Below are positions 23,063 to 34,739 of a stretch of DNA of 64,000 nt, piece by piece. The stretch is from Diplonema japonicum. Taxonomy: Eukaryota > Protista > Euglenozoa: Diplonemea. Position 1 is the first letter of the stretch. Each line of letters begins with the position of its first letter. Position numbers and translations under genes: made by a program. The stretch lies in the NCBI GenBank assembly GCA_964019335.1, contig OZ025730.1:368612-432611 (forward strand), written 5' to 3'. Below the pieces are notes generated by a model that had not been told where the DNA came from, did no database searches, and saw nothing but the letters and a program-made list of their open reading frames with translations.

Positions 23063-24220
23063 CTAAACCTTTGGAAACAGCAAATACACCAGCATCTCGA
23101 AATCCTTCTGAGTGAGCCTTCCTGAAGTCGACAGCGACAGAGCAGCAGACTCCGCCTCTCTGGGGTCGAAAGCGATGTTAAAAGCTTCTAAAGCTAGGAT
23201 ATAGTCGGAAAGAATACTCGGGTCACCTTCCTCAGCATGCCGGTGGAAAACAGATTGTATGAGGAATGAACGTTGGTTAGCAGGAGGAGTCGAGGATATT
23301 GTTAGAGTGGCTGATGCTGGTTTCCAGCCACCTTCCCCATTCAAGACTACCCAACTCAGATCCAAACTCATAGGATACATCCCTCCATGGGGCAGGGTTG
23401 TCATCATCCACCCTGCGTCCGCACCTATGGACTCCATGGGCCCTGTCAGCCACGAGCCTTTTGTTGTGGTGTACAATGCTGAGTCAGTTTCTTTGCATGT
23501 CCAGAGCGGGTTCCCCTTCCACCTGTCTCCTTCTATGAGCTGGTAGCATCCACTTCCCTGCCCTGCACCGCATATCCATATTTCTTGTGGCGGGATGGGA
23601 TTTGCTTCTACGAAGGTTGTAACATCACCTGCCCAACCTCTGTCGGTATGGATTAACCATTGCGATGTCCTGCAGGGTGGCATGGACCCATGTGCTTCGG
23701 TGGTGACAACCCTCCCTGTGTCCTTCGGGCATCCCAAGGACCCGACCATCCATGCTCCAGAGGAGGTGCTGTAAACCCAGTTCCCGGACCCGATCCAGTA
23801 TGGAAGATTGTTGTGCTTCAGAGAAGAGATCGAATAGAAACCCGCAACATCAGACTTTTCAGAAGATACCACACGAAGGGCAACGGGGAAGGGCATGCTG
23901 GGGTGTTCCGGTGGTGCGGGTGGTGCGTATTGAGGCTCCTCGGGTTTTGGTACCTGTGGTTCGTGTGTCGTTTGAAGAATAGACGTTGTTTGTTGGACCA
24001 CTTTTCGCAGGCGTGGCTCACTCACGTGGGGCACCTCCAACCCTTGGATCTCCTGCTCCAGCTCTGCAATCCGCCCTAATAGAATGTCTTCCTCATCCTC
24101 CACTACCACCTCAACTTCAGGGGTTCCTGACAGGGTGTGTCCGAAGTGCTGCCTTTCCCGGAGACCACTTTTTAAACTGTCAATGTTCCCATTTATAATT
24201 TCCCGAGTCGTGGTGTGCAT
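23063..24220 (-). CDS. Hypothetical protein with two Trp-rich repeated domains and a C-terminal EF-hand-like segment
   Basis: Repeated GxY...W...LYST..GxW...PHG..P..W pattern; GRLTQKDFEML near the C-terminus. Confidence 0.6.
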   Translation of the reverse strand: MHTTTREIINGNIDSLKSGLRERQHFGHTLSGTPEVEVVVEDEEDILLGRIAELEQEIQGLEVPHVSEPRLRKVVQQTTSILQTTHEPQVPKPEEPQYAPPAPPEHPSMPFPVALRVVSSEKSDVAGFYSISSLKHNNLPYWIGSGNWVYSTSSGAWMVGSLGCPKDTGRVVTTEAHGSMPPCRTSQWLIHTDRGWAGDVTTFVEANPIPPQEIWICGAGQGSGCYQLIEGDRWKGNPLWTCKETDSALYTTTKGSWLTGPMESIGADAGWMMTTLPHGGMYPMSLDLSWVVLNGEGGWKPASATLTISSTPPANQRSFLIQSVFHRHAEEGDPSILSDYILALEAFNIAFDPREAESAALSLSTSGRLTQKDFEMLVYLLFPKV

Positions 24221-24509
24221 CCCTTGCTTGCGGTGTGGTGGTGACGTTTTTGTAACGAGAAGGAAATGGAACCACAATAAATAGTGAGAGATTTTGAATA
24301 GAAATCTAGAAGAGGGAAAAAAAAAGGGTGGGGAGGAGGTAACATGCAAAGCTAGCACAGCACACCATTGCTAGCTGCTCTCCACACTGCACAGAGGGCA
24401 TGTCGTTATGTGGGGAAAAGAGAAGCTGGCCTCTTTTTAAAAAAGAGCCCCGCAATACACCCTTTTTTTGTGGGCAAGACGGCGGACTTTTCTCTCCTTT
24501 TCTTTATGG

Positions 24510-24556
<47 letters not shown>

Positions 24557-24689
24557 GTTTTCCTCTTTTGGTTTCTTTCCTTTTTTCTTTTTTTGAAAAA
24601 GGAACTATTCATGTGGATGTGTGTGAAAAGAAATGAAAATAAAAAAGGAACAATCTAAGTAGGATAAAAAAGAGGGAGGGTGGGGGGTA

Positions 24690-25462
24690 TCACATGCTCA
24701 TGGAACTGGGTGCCATGAGAGACGCCCTGCATCCAGCGATGAAAGTTTGAAACTGTTTAGTGAAGATTTTTTTTTTCTCTTCTTCCCCTCATTATTTTTC
24801 TGCCTCTCATTCATACCTTGTTCCGCGTCCCCATGCGCCCTTTGATCCCGTTACCAGCAAGGCACTTCATGACTTCTTCGTAGATATCTGTCACAGGAAG
24901 CGATCCGCAGTCAATCTTTTTTTTTTTCTTTCTTTTTTTGTCTTGTTTGAGTGGTCCTTACCTCAAGTTCGTAATGCGTACCAAACTGGTACATCACTTC
25001 ATCGAGCTTCACGGTGACGGCACCGGATGCGAAGATTGCCTTCCCAGTCTGGAATTTTTTTGTTCTCCCCTTCCCTTTCTTCAGCCATACCATCCTTTCT
25101 GTCTTGAACCCACCAAGGTATTTCAGCGAGGCAACGGAAGCCTGTACAGAGGGCACCAAAGGGAGGAGAAGGGTAGGTTTGGAAATAGCTTCACGTGCGT
25201 CCTCCACTGAGAGCTTCACGGTCTCTGAGAATCTGCACGCCGCACCTTGTTCGATTTCTGTATGGGACTTGATGTTGATTTCAGCAGAGGTGGACTTGAT
25301 CCGCAGCCTGAACATAACCCCCTGTCCTGCGAGCTCCTCGTTGGGGCCGTCGAAGAAATAGTTCTCAAGGGTGTCCGATGTGTAACCCTCTCCTTTGAAC
25401 ACTTCGACAGCCCTGTCAAAGTCCCCCCTGGTCTCCAGTACAACCTTAGCTTCGATCTCCAT
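24690..25462 (-). CDS. CYTH-domain triphosphate tunnel metalloenzyme (TTM3-like), spliced
   Basis: MEIEAK, ENYFFD, FRLR, LGGFKTER and LDE...YELE motifs; downstream exons IDCG...GTRNK and FQTFIAG complete the domain. Confidence 0.8.
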
Positions 25463-25565
25463 TTTTTTTTTTTTTTCTTCTCTCCTTTTTAAAATAAAGT
25501 TTGCTCGTCCGTCGTGCACGCATCAAAAAAAGTTTTTAAGCAGAATCACTAAAGGGTAAAGGATA

Positions 25566-25788
25566 CCGGATTTGGACTTATTACATACCATATAAAGTCC
25601 CTCAAATTGGCTAAAAAACTGAAGAAGGTACATAGTAAATACGGCACATTATATTTACAAAATATGAAAAATCTCCAGAAATAGCACTCCTGCACGGAAA
25701 GCACACAAGTTGAGTCCAAAATCCGAAAAAAGTACGTGGTACTTTATATGATTCATAATAAACAGGTGCATAATAAGTCCAAATCCGG
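25566..25788. mobile_element. MITE (Tc1/mariner-pogo type) with TA target duplication
   Basis: TA-CCGGATTTGGACTTATTA ... TAATAAGTCCAAATCCGG-TA perfect inverted termini; inner IR catataaagt/actttatatg. Confidence 0.8.
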
Positions 25789-26407
25789 TAAAGAGAATCG
25801 AATTATCTTTGGTACGAAGGGTAAATAAGGAGAGATGAGGGCTGCTATCTTTCACAAGAAGTCCTTTTTTTCTTTCTTTTTTTTTTCTCCCCTCCTTTCT
25901 TTCCTTTCCCCCTTCTTCGCCCCTTCATTTTCCCAACTTTTTTTTCATTCAGGGATTTGCTTTGGTTGTTGTATTTGAAAGCGAGATAATAGATCAGGGT
26001 TCAAGATGAACTTGCTTAATCACACGGCTCATGGTGTCTTATTTACCCCAAGGATCAAAAGTAAAATAAATTCTCTCGTAGGGGGGGTGTTTTTTTTCTT
26101 CGAAAATCACAAGGTGACATTACTTTTCTTCTTCTCCACTTTTTTCGTCCCCTTTCTTAAATAAAAATAAAAGTTTTCTTTCGACCTTTCTCCTGCACTG
26201 AATTTCTACATCGCAAAGAAAAGGAAAATAATAAATCAAACACGGAACGCTCAGACTTTTGAGCTGGGGAAAGAAAAAAAGGGGGGAATTTGACATAACA
26301 AATAAATAACAGAATTGGGGAGGGGAATATAATGAAGATCATATCACAAGGAGGAGGATGCAATTTATGGCAACACAAAGAACTAAAATCCTGAACTGGG
26401 GAAAAAA

Positions 26408-26478
26408 TGCGTAAACCGGGAATCGAACCCGGGCCGACTCCGTGGCAGGGAGCCATTCTACCACTAGACCATTTACGC
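26408..26478 (-). tRNA. tRNA-Gly(GCC)
   Basis: GCGTAAA/TTTACGC acceptor, anticodon loop CTGCCAC, T-arm CCGGG-TTCGATT-CCCGG. Confidence 0.95.
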
Positions 26479-26613
26479 GTATAATCCCCGGCCCCAGTTA
26501 TTTCTAATCAGGCTGAATTTCCTCGTTTTAAAAAGCAGAAATATTAACAATAAACAGTGGTGAGAGGGGACAAACTAAAGTGCAAGGGACTAAGAGAAGA
26601 AAAAGGAAAAACT

Positions 26614-28710
26614 TCACAAAATTACTTTCATTTGTCTGACATTTCGTCCTGGAGTGCTGTACTTAGGGACAGGTGCCACACAAGGTGCGACAACGTACGT
26701 GAGGGACACAGGCTCTTTTCTGCCGATGGGGACGGAAGGCTTCGTGCCAGGTTGATTTGGTGTTCCGTTTGGCCTGCCTGGAGGATCAGGGTGGTAGGTG
26801 GGTAAAACTGGTTGTTGTGGATACTCCAGCACTCGTAAGGGATATGAAGACGACGAGGTGGCAAGCACAGGTGCTGCTGCTGCTGCAGCCGCCGCCGCCT
26901 CTTCCAATTTCCCTCCAGTTTCCCCATCGAAGATAGGTGACCCGAGTGGCACTGTCATGTACTGATCTCTTAATTGGAACACTGACAATCTCGGACCCAA
27001 AGAAATTCTCCGTTTGTGTCTTTCCATTTGTCTGTCCAACCGCTGCTGCCATTGCTCTGTTTTTAAGGCATCGTCGACAGGCTTTCCGCTCTTTTCACTT
27101 TTCTTTTCGACTTCTCTTTTCGAAGAGGGTGACCGTGGTCGCAGCAACCCACGCCGGAGCGCTTCTTCTTTTTCTTGTTTCTCTCTATATTTCTCACGTT
27201 CCTTTTTACCTTCTTGCTCACGTTGGACAGTGGCCACGGTGCTCGATGGCGCGTTGACTTCCTTAGCAACATCAATGAACTCCTCATAAAGGAGTTGGAC
27301 ATCAGGATCTTTAACAGGATACACCCTTCTGAAACCGTGGAGGAGACTGTCTTCTTCATTCTGCTTTTCCCTCACAAAGGCCTCTTGCCTGGCTCGCTCC
27401 AGCTCTGCCTCTTCTTTTTCAAGTTCTTTAACTTCGGAATCGTCACCACCTGATTTCTTCGAAGCCACACGTCTTGATTGTGCTTCCATTCTCCGCTTGA
27501 ACTCTCCTTTGTCGCGCTCTTTTTCTCTTGACCTGTCATCCTGCTTGAGATTCAGGATCTCCACCACTTCTGATATTAATCCCGTTTTGATACGGTCGTC
27601 TAGCGGTGTGTATGAGTTGAAGGATGGGGAGTGGTTCACCTCAAGTAGCCATGGTTTCAAAGACTGATCCAATAACAAATCGAACCCTAAGATCTCAAAG
27701 CATGTGTACCCGTCGTTATTGTGTGGAAAGCACGAGGTATACACATGAGACAACATCGGCTGCGCTGCAAGGAGGGTGCTCACGACGACCTTGTCGATCC
27801 GGTCCCAAATCTTTTCGGGGTCCTGCCCTTCTTCGACGAGCCATTTGTTCAAAAAGGAAAAGTCTCGTTTGTGGCCAACGTCGCCTGTTTCTGCATCGTC
27901 GTTAAATACAAAATTCTCGGACACACGATTGATAGCGTAATTTGTCAAGTGCATCTGCAGGTCGTGCAGGTTGTCCTCACCCGGTTTCAGATATTTCTGC
28001 GTGCACAACCTAACCAGCCCCTCGTCGAACATGAAGATTGAAGGGTTCTTCACAGATGTCACTAGTGCATAGCATCGCAAATCAAATTTTTTGTCCTCGA
28101 TCAAAAGCGGTCGAGCGATGTACTCTTGTATGACAGCGTCCTCAAGGATGTCTTCTGGGAGGTCTTGTGGATCTTGTGTTAAAAAGATTCCCTTCCCTTG
28201 AGACCCTGCCGATGGCTTCACAATAAAAGTTTTCTTCTGCGGCAGTGTAGCGGTGTACTTGCGAAATTGGTTCCTCTCAGACCGAATGGACCACGTTCGT
28301 GGTGTGAACGAGTAGTGTTGTGGGAACGCTTTCTTCATCTTCGACAGGGTGTTGGAAAGCTGTACTTTTCTTGATATTATATGCATGGAGGGGAAATGGT
28401 TGATTCTCTGCCAGTTTTGAAGCTTCATGACTCTAAATATTGCAACCGAGCTGTCGGTCCAAAACAGATTAAAATCGCCTTTTTCGCCGTCTTCGTTCAG
28501 GTCTTCCACCCAGTCGTTCTCCGCCGCTACCTTCCGTACAATGTCGTATTTACAATATGTCGTGTTGATTACTACTTTTTTTCTTTTTCTCTTCCGTTTC
28601 TTCTTTGCCTCCCCTTTCTCCAGCTGTTTTGCCTCCCTCACAGGTCTCCTTTTCGGAGTTGACAAAGGACTCTCCCCATAATATTCTTCATTGTTCTCTG
28701 GGTCTTGCAT
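26614..28710 (-). CDS. Tubulin polyglutamylase, TTLL6/7/13-like
   Basis: WQRINHFP, KPSAGSQGKGI, KFDLRCY, MHLTNYAIN, CFEILGFDLLLD and WLLEVNHSPSF motifs. Confidence 0.92.
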   Translation of the reverse strand: MQDPENNEEYYGESPLSTPKRRPVREAKQLEKGEAKKKRKRKRKKVVINTTYCKYDIVRKVAAENDWVEDLNEDGEKGDFNLFWTDSSVAIFRVMKLQNWQRINHFPSMHIISRKVQLSNTLSKMKKAFPQHYSFTPRTWSIRSERNQFRKYTATLPQKKTFIVKPSAGSQGKGIFLTQDPQDLPEDILEDAVIQEYIARPLLIEDKKFDLRCYALVTSVKNPSIFMFDEGLVRLCTQKYLKPGEDNLHDLQMHLTNYAINRVSENFVFNDDAETGDVGHKRDFSFLNKWLVEEGQDPEKIWDRIDKVVVSTLLAAQPMLSHVYTSCFPHNNDGYTCFEILGFDLLLDQSLKPWLLEVNHSPSFNSYTPLDDRIKTGLISEVVEILNLKQDDRSREKERDKGEFKRRMEAQSRRVASKKSGGDDSEVKELEKEEAELERARQEAFVREKQNEEDSLLHGFRRVYPVKDPDVQLLYEEFIDVAKEVNAPSSTVATVQREQEGKKEREKYREKQEKEEALRRGLLRPRSPSSKREVEKKSEKSGKPVDDALKTEQWQQRLDRQMERHKRRISLGPRLSVFQLRDQYMTVPLGSPIFDGETGGKLEEAAAAAAAAAPVLATSSSSYPLRVLEYPQQPVLPTYHPDPPGRPNGTPNQPGTKPSVPIGRKEPVSLTYVVAPCVAPVPKYSTPGRNVRQMKVIL

Positions 28711-28741
28711 TTTTCGCACCCTGTTGTTTGTGAAAAAGAAA

Positions 28742-28814
28742 TGCTCCCGGCGGGGTTTGAACCCGCGATCCCAGGCTCATAAGACCTGTGCCTTAACCAC
28801 TAGGCCACGAGAGC
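28742..28814 (-). tRNA. tRNA-Ile(TAT), intronless
   Basis: GCTCTCG/CGGGAGC acceptor, anticodon arm CAGGT-CTTATGA-GCCTG, T-loop TTCAAAC. Confidence 0.92.
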
Positions 28815-28830
28815 ATACAGCCCATATTTT

Positions 28831-29727
28831 AATAATAATAATAATAATAATAAATGTACCACTGTCGTGCGTAGCTAAAGGCTGGGGGGAGGGATAGGTG
28901 CAGGAGGCCTGAAGGGCCTCCTGCAAGTGAAAGGGGGAACGAGAGGGGTTGACAAATTTTTTGTAAAAGTTTAAAGAAAACCCTCCCACAACTATCCATA
29001 CGTACCGAGGCGGGAGGTGGGCAGGCCCGGGGGCTCCCAGCGTTCGCAACTGTGCCCACCTTCAACGTCCCTCGGCATCTCACCAGCCCGCATCGCACAA
29101 CAGCACCCTTTGGCCGAACCTCCGGGATTTCAAGGGGTGGGGTACCTCGTCAGTGCTCGTAGGCACACCGGCACGGAGGCATCCCCTTCAGCCGGTTTTG
29201 TTGGGCTGTGGAGCCTTTGGAAAATAAAAATGTAAGGAAAACATAACCAGAGAGGAAGAAAGAAGTTGGGGTGCACGACAGGGCAAAAAAAAGGGAAGAC
29301 ATGGGGGATGAGAGTACTATTACTAAAAAAGTTTAAATCTACTTCTACTTCTTGCCGGCCCGGCACAGCACGCCTCGCACCCAGCAGCACACGCCACGCA
29401 GACAGACCAGCGCACCTCCACCGCCACCAGTTCTCTTCCAGTGTCCCCGTGCACCCCACCGTCGATCCGTTTATCTGTACCCAGTTCGGCTACCGATCTG
29501 TCTGGCCTTCCAGTTGCGACAGGGCGGTCATTGCCTGAAGGGCGCCGGGATCAATCCGCGCGAGACCGGTCTCAGCCTCACGTCTCTCGGATGGGGTACG
29601 CTGGAACACTGGGCGACGCTGCCGCCCGCATCACACCACAACACAGCGGAACCAGCACAAACAAACCGTACGCCACTCACCAGCGACACCAGCCACAACC
29701 CACCGCTCCTGTTCACCCCACCGTTGT
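28831..29727 (-). mobile_element. Second, 5'-truncated retroelement with (TTA)n tail, inserted just upstream of tRNA-Ile
   Basis: Flanked by the direct repeat cccatatttt (28821-28830, 29728-29737); (aat)n run at 28831-28853; 11-bp hairpin at 28899-28925. Confidence 0.65.
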
Positions 29728-30455
29728 CCCATATTTTTTTTTTTTCAAAATACCAATAGGTGCCACCATGGGGAGCAACACCTGGGAAGGGGAAAGGTGA
29801 AGGGAAGCATGGAAATATTACAGGGAGGGCGAAGACCAGTTCTTCTGCAATCAGATGGAGCTGTGGACTCCGCCAACCCGTGCACCTGTTTGGAACAGCC
29901 GAAGAGGGCTGAATTACTTTAATTCCAAGCCGTAGACCTACGTGACTCGGACGGGGACCTTGACCCCAGTTCGTCGTTTTTCTCAACTGGGACCTCTGGT
30001 GACCGGAACTGGCCCCCTCGAGAGGGATTTGCTCCATTGAGCGAAACATGAAAGGGTGAGAGTAAAATCTCTCAAAATCAAAAGGGGAAGCGAGTGTGCG
30101 TGTGCGCATGGGGATGATAGGGGAAGCATTTGCTCTCCCCGCTGCACTCCGGCTGGCGGGGGGAGGGGATGGCCGTACCACACTCGTTCGTGCGAAGATG
30201 AGAGGACTCATCTTGGCAACTTCAGAGTAGGCCGGGCCATCCGTTTTTGACTACAATGTCAGGGCACACGATAACAAGAGGATGTTAATTTTAAAAAATT
30301 TTTAAAATTTTAAAAGTTTAAAGGGGGACGGGCATACTGGTAAGAGAAGGCCAGACGCCGGATGATGATAAAGAAAAGGATGAGAGGGAGTGGAAGAGAG
30401 GGGAAGGGAACGTAAGCACTAAAAGAATTGAAATGTTGATCTCACCCTACTCACT

Positions 30456-33400
30456 TCAGCGCAACACGGGGGTCGCAGGGCCGGCGTCAAGGGAGACAGC
30501 CGGCGGGATGAACGAAGGGGCAGCGGTACCTGCCGTTGCCGCAGACGGCGACGTGAAGACCCCGGATCTGGCCCAGTCAAGCAAGCCAGAGTCGGCGATG
30601 AGGGTGAATACCTGCGTCACGCGTTTTGACACTCCACCAGCGAGGGGCGTCCATTGGGAGCGTCGAGCGAACCCCGTCCAACCACAGCGCACCCCCCAAC
30701 AACGTGCTCCCTGGACATCTTTGCTCCACACGCTGGACAGCTGAGCTCAGCCTTCTTCCTGTTCGGTCCAGCCGCCTGCAGGAAGCCGAAGAAGAGAGCG
30801 GAGTGCCCTACCCTCAGCCGCGAGATGACCGTCTCCGCTAGCCTGGGGAGGGACTGGGGGAAGCACGCCGCTCGGAGCCCCGTGGCCCTCGCGTATCTCG
30901 GGGCCACCTCCCCGACAATGACCGCAGACCTCTGCTGAATCTGGCGACGGACCAGGGCCCTGACCGACCTGTAGTCGAGAGAGGGGCGAGTCAGCTCGCG
31001 CTTCGTGCCCTCCCCGGCCAGCCTGTCTGCCGCCTCGTTGCCAGGAACCCCGCAGTGGGACGGCACAAACTGGAGAATGACTGGTGCACCTTGTGCACGT
31101 GCCGCCAGCAGTTCCCAGGTCTCGTGGTCGAGCCTCTCCCTCTGCCGCGAAGGACCTGCCCTCAGCTGATCAAGGAGAGAGAGCGAGTCGGTACAGATCG
31201 ACAGCCGGCTGTCTGCCAACGTGGGGTGCTCGCTCCGGAGCGCGGCCACCATGTCCAGAGCCACCTTGACAGCCAGACCCTCCGCCCGAAAGGAAGAGCA
31301 GAAATTGCTGACGCCGAAGCTCTCGGACACGGGTTCGTGGGGGCGGGGGAGCTGCAAGAAGACCCCGGCACCGCCCCTCCACTTCTGGCGGTCCCGTACG
31401 ACAGAACCATCCGTATAGGCATGGATACCCGGTGGAAGGGCAGCCAGAGCCTCCACGGCCGCCTTCCGCTTATCCACGTCCGGCGACGAACGCGTGACCC
31501 TGCCGGGAAGGGCAGTTCTGAACTCCACCAGGAACGCGTGCCACGGTGCTACTTTGGGCGAGGCAGTCAGTAGCTCGAAGGTGTCGTACTTCCTGAAGCC
31601 TTCCTGCGTCGTCCACCCCTGCAGTCCGCAGCGTCGTAGCGCAAGGATACCCGCACGCAGCCACCCATTGCCCATAACGGTCATCCGCTTCTGCTCAAGG
31701 ACCTCGCGGTGAACCGGGGAGGTCCTCCAGCAGAACGACTTCGCCGTCAACACCGCCGCAGCTCCCTCAGCCATCTGTCGGAGGGGTAGCAGACCTGCCT
31801 CAGCAACAACCTTCGCCGTGCCCGAGCCGTGCCAACAACCCGAGATCAGCACCGCCGCTCTCTGGTGGAGCCCAACAAGCTCCTCCACCCTGCTGTCCCT
31901 GAGCCTGGCAAAGTAAACACCCATGCAGTACCGGAGTAGCGGGAGAACGTACGTGAGGTACAGAGATCGGAGCGTGGCCTTCTTGCACCCCCAGGTCGTG
32001 CCCGACAGGAGCCTTAGTACCCTCAGCCTCTTGTCAGCGCGCCTCAGGACATCCCCCGCATGCTCGTCAAACGTGAGCCCAGAGTCTACAGTGACCCCAA
32101 GATACTTCGCCGACCCACATAGAGGCAAGGGGCGAGCCGCCATGTAACCAATGTCGGACCTCCGGATGGCGGCGGGAATGTCGAAGGACCGTTTGCCACC
32201 CGCCTCCACGACCCGAAAGCCAGACAGCTCACGGACGCCAGACAAGGTCCCACAGGCCCCAACCCCAAGATTAAGGACAGGGTCCTGGAAGGCCCCCGGG
32301 CAAAGCGGGACACGCGACGAAGAGAAGTAGACATTAAGCCGCTTCTGATAGGGAACGCACACTGCCTGCGACTTGCTGGAGCTCAGCAGCATGCCCCGTC
32401 TCCCACACCAGCCCTCAACCGCGTCCATCACAGCCTGGGCCCCTCGCTCAAGACCAGCCAGGTCGCCCTGCCCGGCTGAGACCACCACCGCAACATCGTC
32501 GGCATAAAGAACCGACAGGTCCACCATCCCAACCAGCAACCTGGCTAGCTCGTCGACGTAGATGGTGTAAAGGACGGGTCCCAGCACAGACCCTTGGGGC
32601 ACCCCTCTCCTCACCTTCGTCGTCGACCCTCGCGAACGACCCACCGTGACCGCCGCCGTACGACCGCAGAGGAAGGAGCGCGTCCATTCGACGAAGGGCT
32701 CAGGGATCCCTTTCCTCCGCATCATGCCCAAGAGAGCTTCGTGCTGACCAGGTCAAACGCAGATGAGAAGTCAAACAGCAGGGCAGCGCGACAGACGCCG
32801 ACTGTCTTTGTTCCTCGACAGGCACCCGGTCAGGGACGCCACCTGCTCCTCCGTGGAGCGGCCCCTCCTGAAGCCAGCCTGGCTGTCGTGGAGACCCTCA
32901 ACTCCCGACGCGCTAGAGTCTAGGAGAAAGATAAGCCTCTCCTCTATCATCCTCTCAAGCAGCTTACAAAGACAGCTAGTGAGACATATGGGACGGTACG
33001 ATGCAAGCAACGTGGCGTCCTTCCCTGCCTTCGCCACTGGAACAATCACCCCCTTCTTCCAGGCACCCGGCACGATCCCCGCCTGCCATGAGCGATTGAG
33101 AAGCAGAAGTAGAACCCCGAGCGAGGGTTGGTCGAGGCGGAGAAGCATCTCCGCGAGGATGCCATCATCACCCGCTGCACTGCGTGTCTTCATCCTTCCC
33201 AGACCGCGGGTGAGATCATACACCGTAAAGGCGTGGCACCCAAGCACGTTCGTCGAAGGAGCTACGTCCACCGCGTCCCCATCACCACCCTGGCCGTAGA
33301 GCTTGCCGAAGTGAGCCCCCAGGTGGTCGGCTTTCGCCTTGTCCGTCACGAACCTCCCCTCGAGAATGGGAAGGTGCGGTCTGCGGTGTCTGCCGTCCAG

Positions 33401-34657
33401 CTTCTTCACCGCCCTAAACGCAGACCCGAGGTCCTTGCTCCGACTGAGGTCAGCCGCCATCTCACCCCAGGCCGCGCGCTTCGACTCGGTCATGAGTTGG
33501 TTTACCTCCTTGACCTTCGCCTTGTAGACCGCCGCCACGCTGTCGTCCTCAGTCTCAGCCGACTTGAGGAAGCGATCCCGCAGGGCGTTCCGTTCTTCGA
33601 AGGCGTCTTCGAGTTCGGCCGTCCACCAGGGGGTCGGGCCTCGTCGCACTCTGCAAAGCGGAATGTGGTCGTCAGCTGCATGCAGAAGAGCCTCTGTTAC
33701 CTCCTTCGTGAAGGAGTCAATGTGGGCCTTCGTGTCGATCTTGGTCAGAAGGGCAGCGGCGGCCGCGGTGAAGTCGTCCCACCTGGCCTTTTTGAAGTTC
33801 CAGGTAGGGCAGGGTCGCTCCGAGCAGTAGGCGTCCTCAAGCGGCAGGCGGAAGGAAACCGGGCTGTGATCAGAGCCCCACGTCCCCAACGTCCTCGGCT
33901 CCAGTTCCGCACAACGTCCCACCACCAGGTCCAGAACGCGTGGCGGTGAGTCCCGCGTCGGCTCGTCACGGTTGTTGTAGACGGTGTAGCCGTGGGTGTC
34001 AAGCCAGTCCCTGACCACGTTCCCCCTTTCGTTGGGCGTTGTCACCTTGGCATCCCAAGAGCTGTGGTGTGCGTTGAAGTCGCCAGCAACGATCGTGTTC
34101 TTCCCCACAGGTAGGCTGCCCGGCCGTAGGTACTCGGGGTCCCTTGTTCCTCTGCTTATACTCACAGGCGTGAGGTACACGTTGGAGAGGGTGACCGGGA
34201 CGCGCTTCACACAGGAGATCCTCACGTCTAATCGCTCAGTGACACTGTCACCTTCAGGGAGTACGAAAGGAGCTTCCTCCGAGGCAAGGCAGTCACGGAC
34301 ATACGTGATGACACCACCGCCTCTCGTCGCAGAGCCGTCCGTCACCGGTGTTGTGCGGTCCCTCCTGTAGGACGTGTATCCAGGCAGGTATGGTGTCTCA
34401 TGCCCCTCCCTAAGGTGTGTCTCCTGGATCATAATGATATCCAGCGTCAGTAGGACAGCGTGGTAGGACACGGTTGACCACTTGGCGGCAAGACCGTTGC
34501 AGTTCCAGGACAGGACCCTGAGTCCCTTCGGCTTCGGGGGTGGGAGCTTCTTAGGTGGACCGGGGTTCGTCTCAACCAGCCCAAGCAGCCCCAGCAGGTC
34601 CCTGGCCGACATCCGTTCAAGTAAGGAAGGGATCAAGGAAGGGAGGACGTCGTACAA
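30456..34657 (-). pseudogene. ORF2 (APE-RT-RNase H), frameshifted at ~32790, ~32745 and ~30628
   Basis: RT motif AALLFDFSSAFDLVS(H)EALLGMM is split over frames; a 4-nt deletion (gcct) relative to the copy at 18144. Confidence 0.85.
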
Positions 34658-34739
34658 GTGATGTGGAAGGTGTCTCCTCGGCTGTATGCGCGGGAGACCA
34701 GGAGAGGGGGCGTGGTCGTCGATCTGACGCCCCCCCTGC

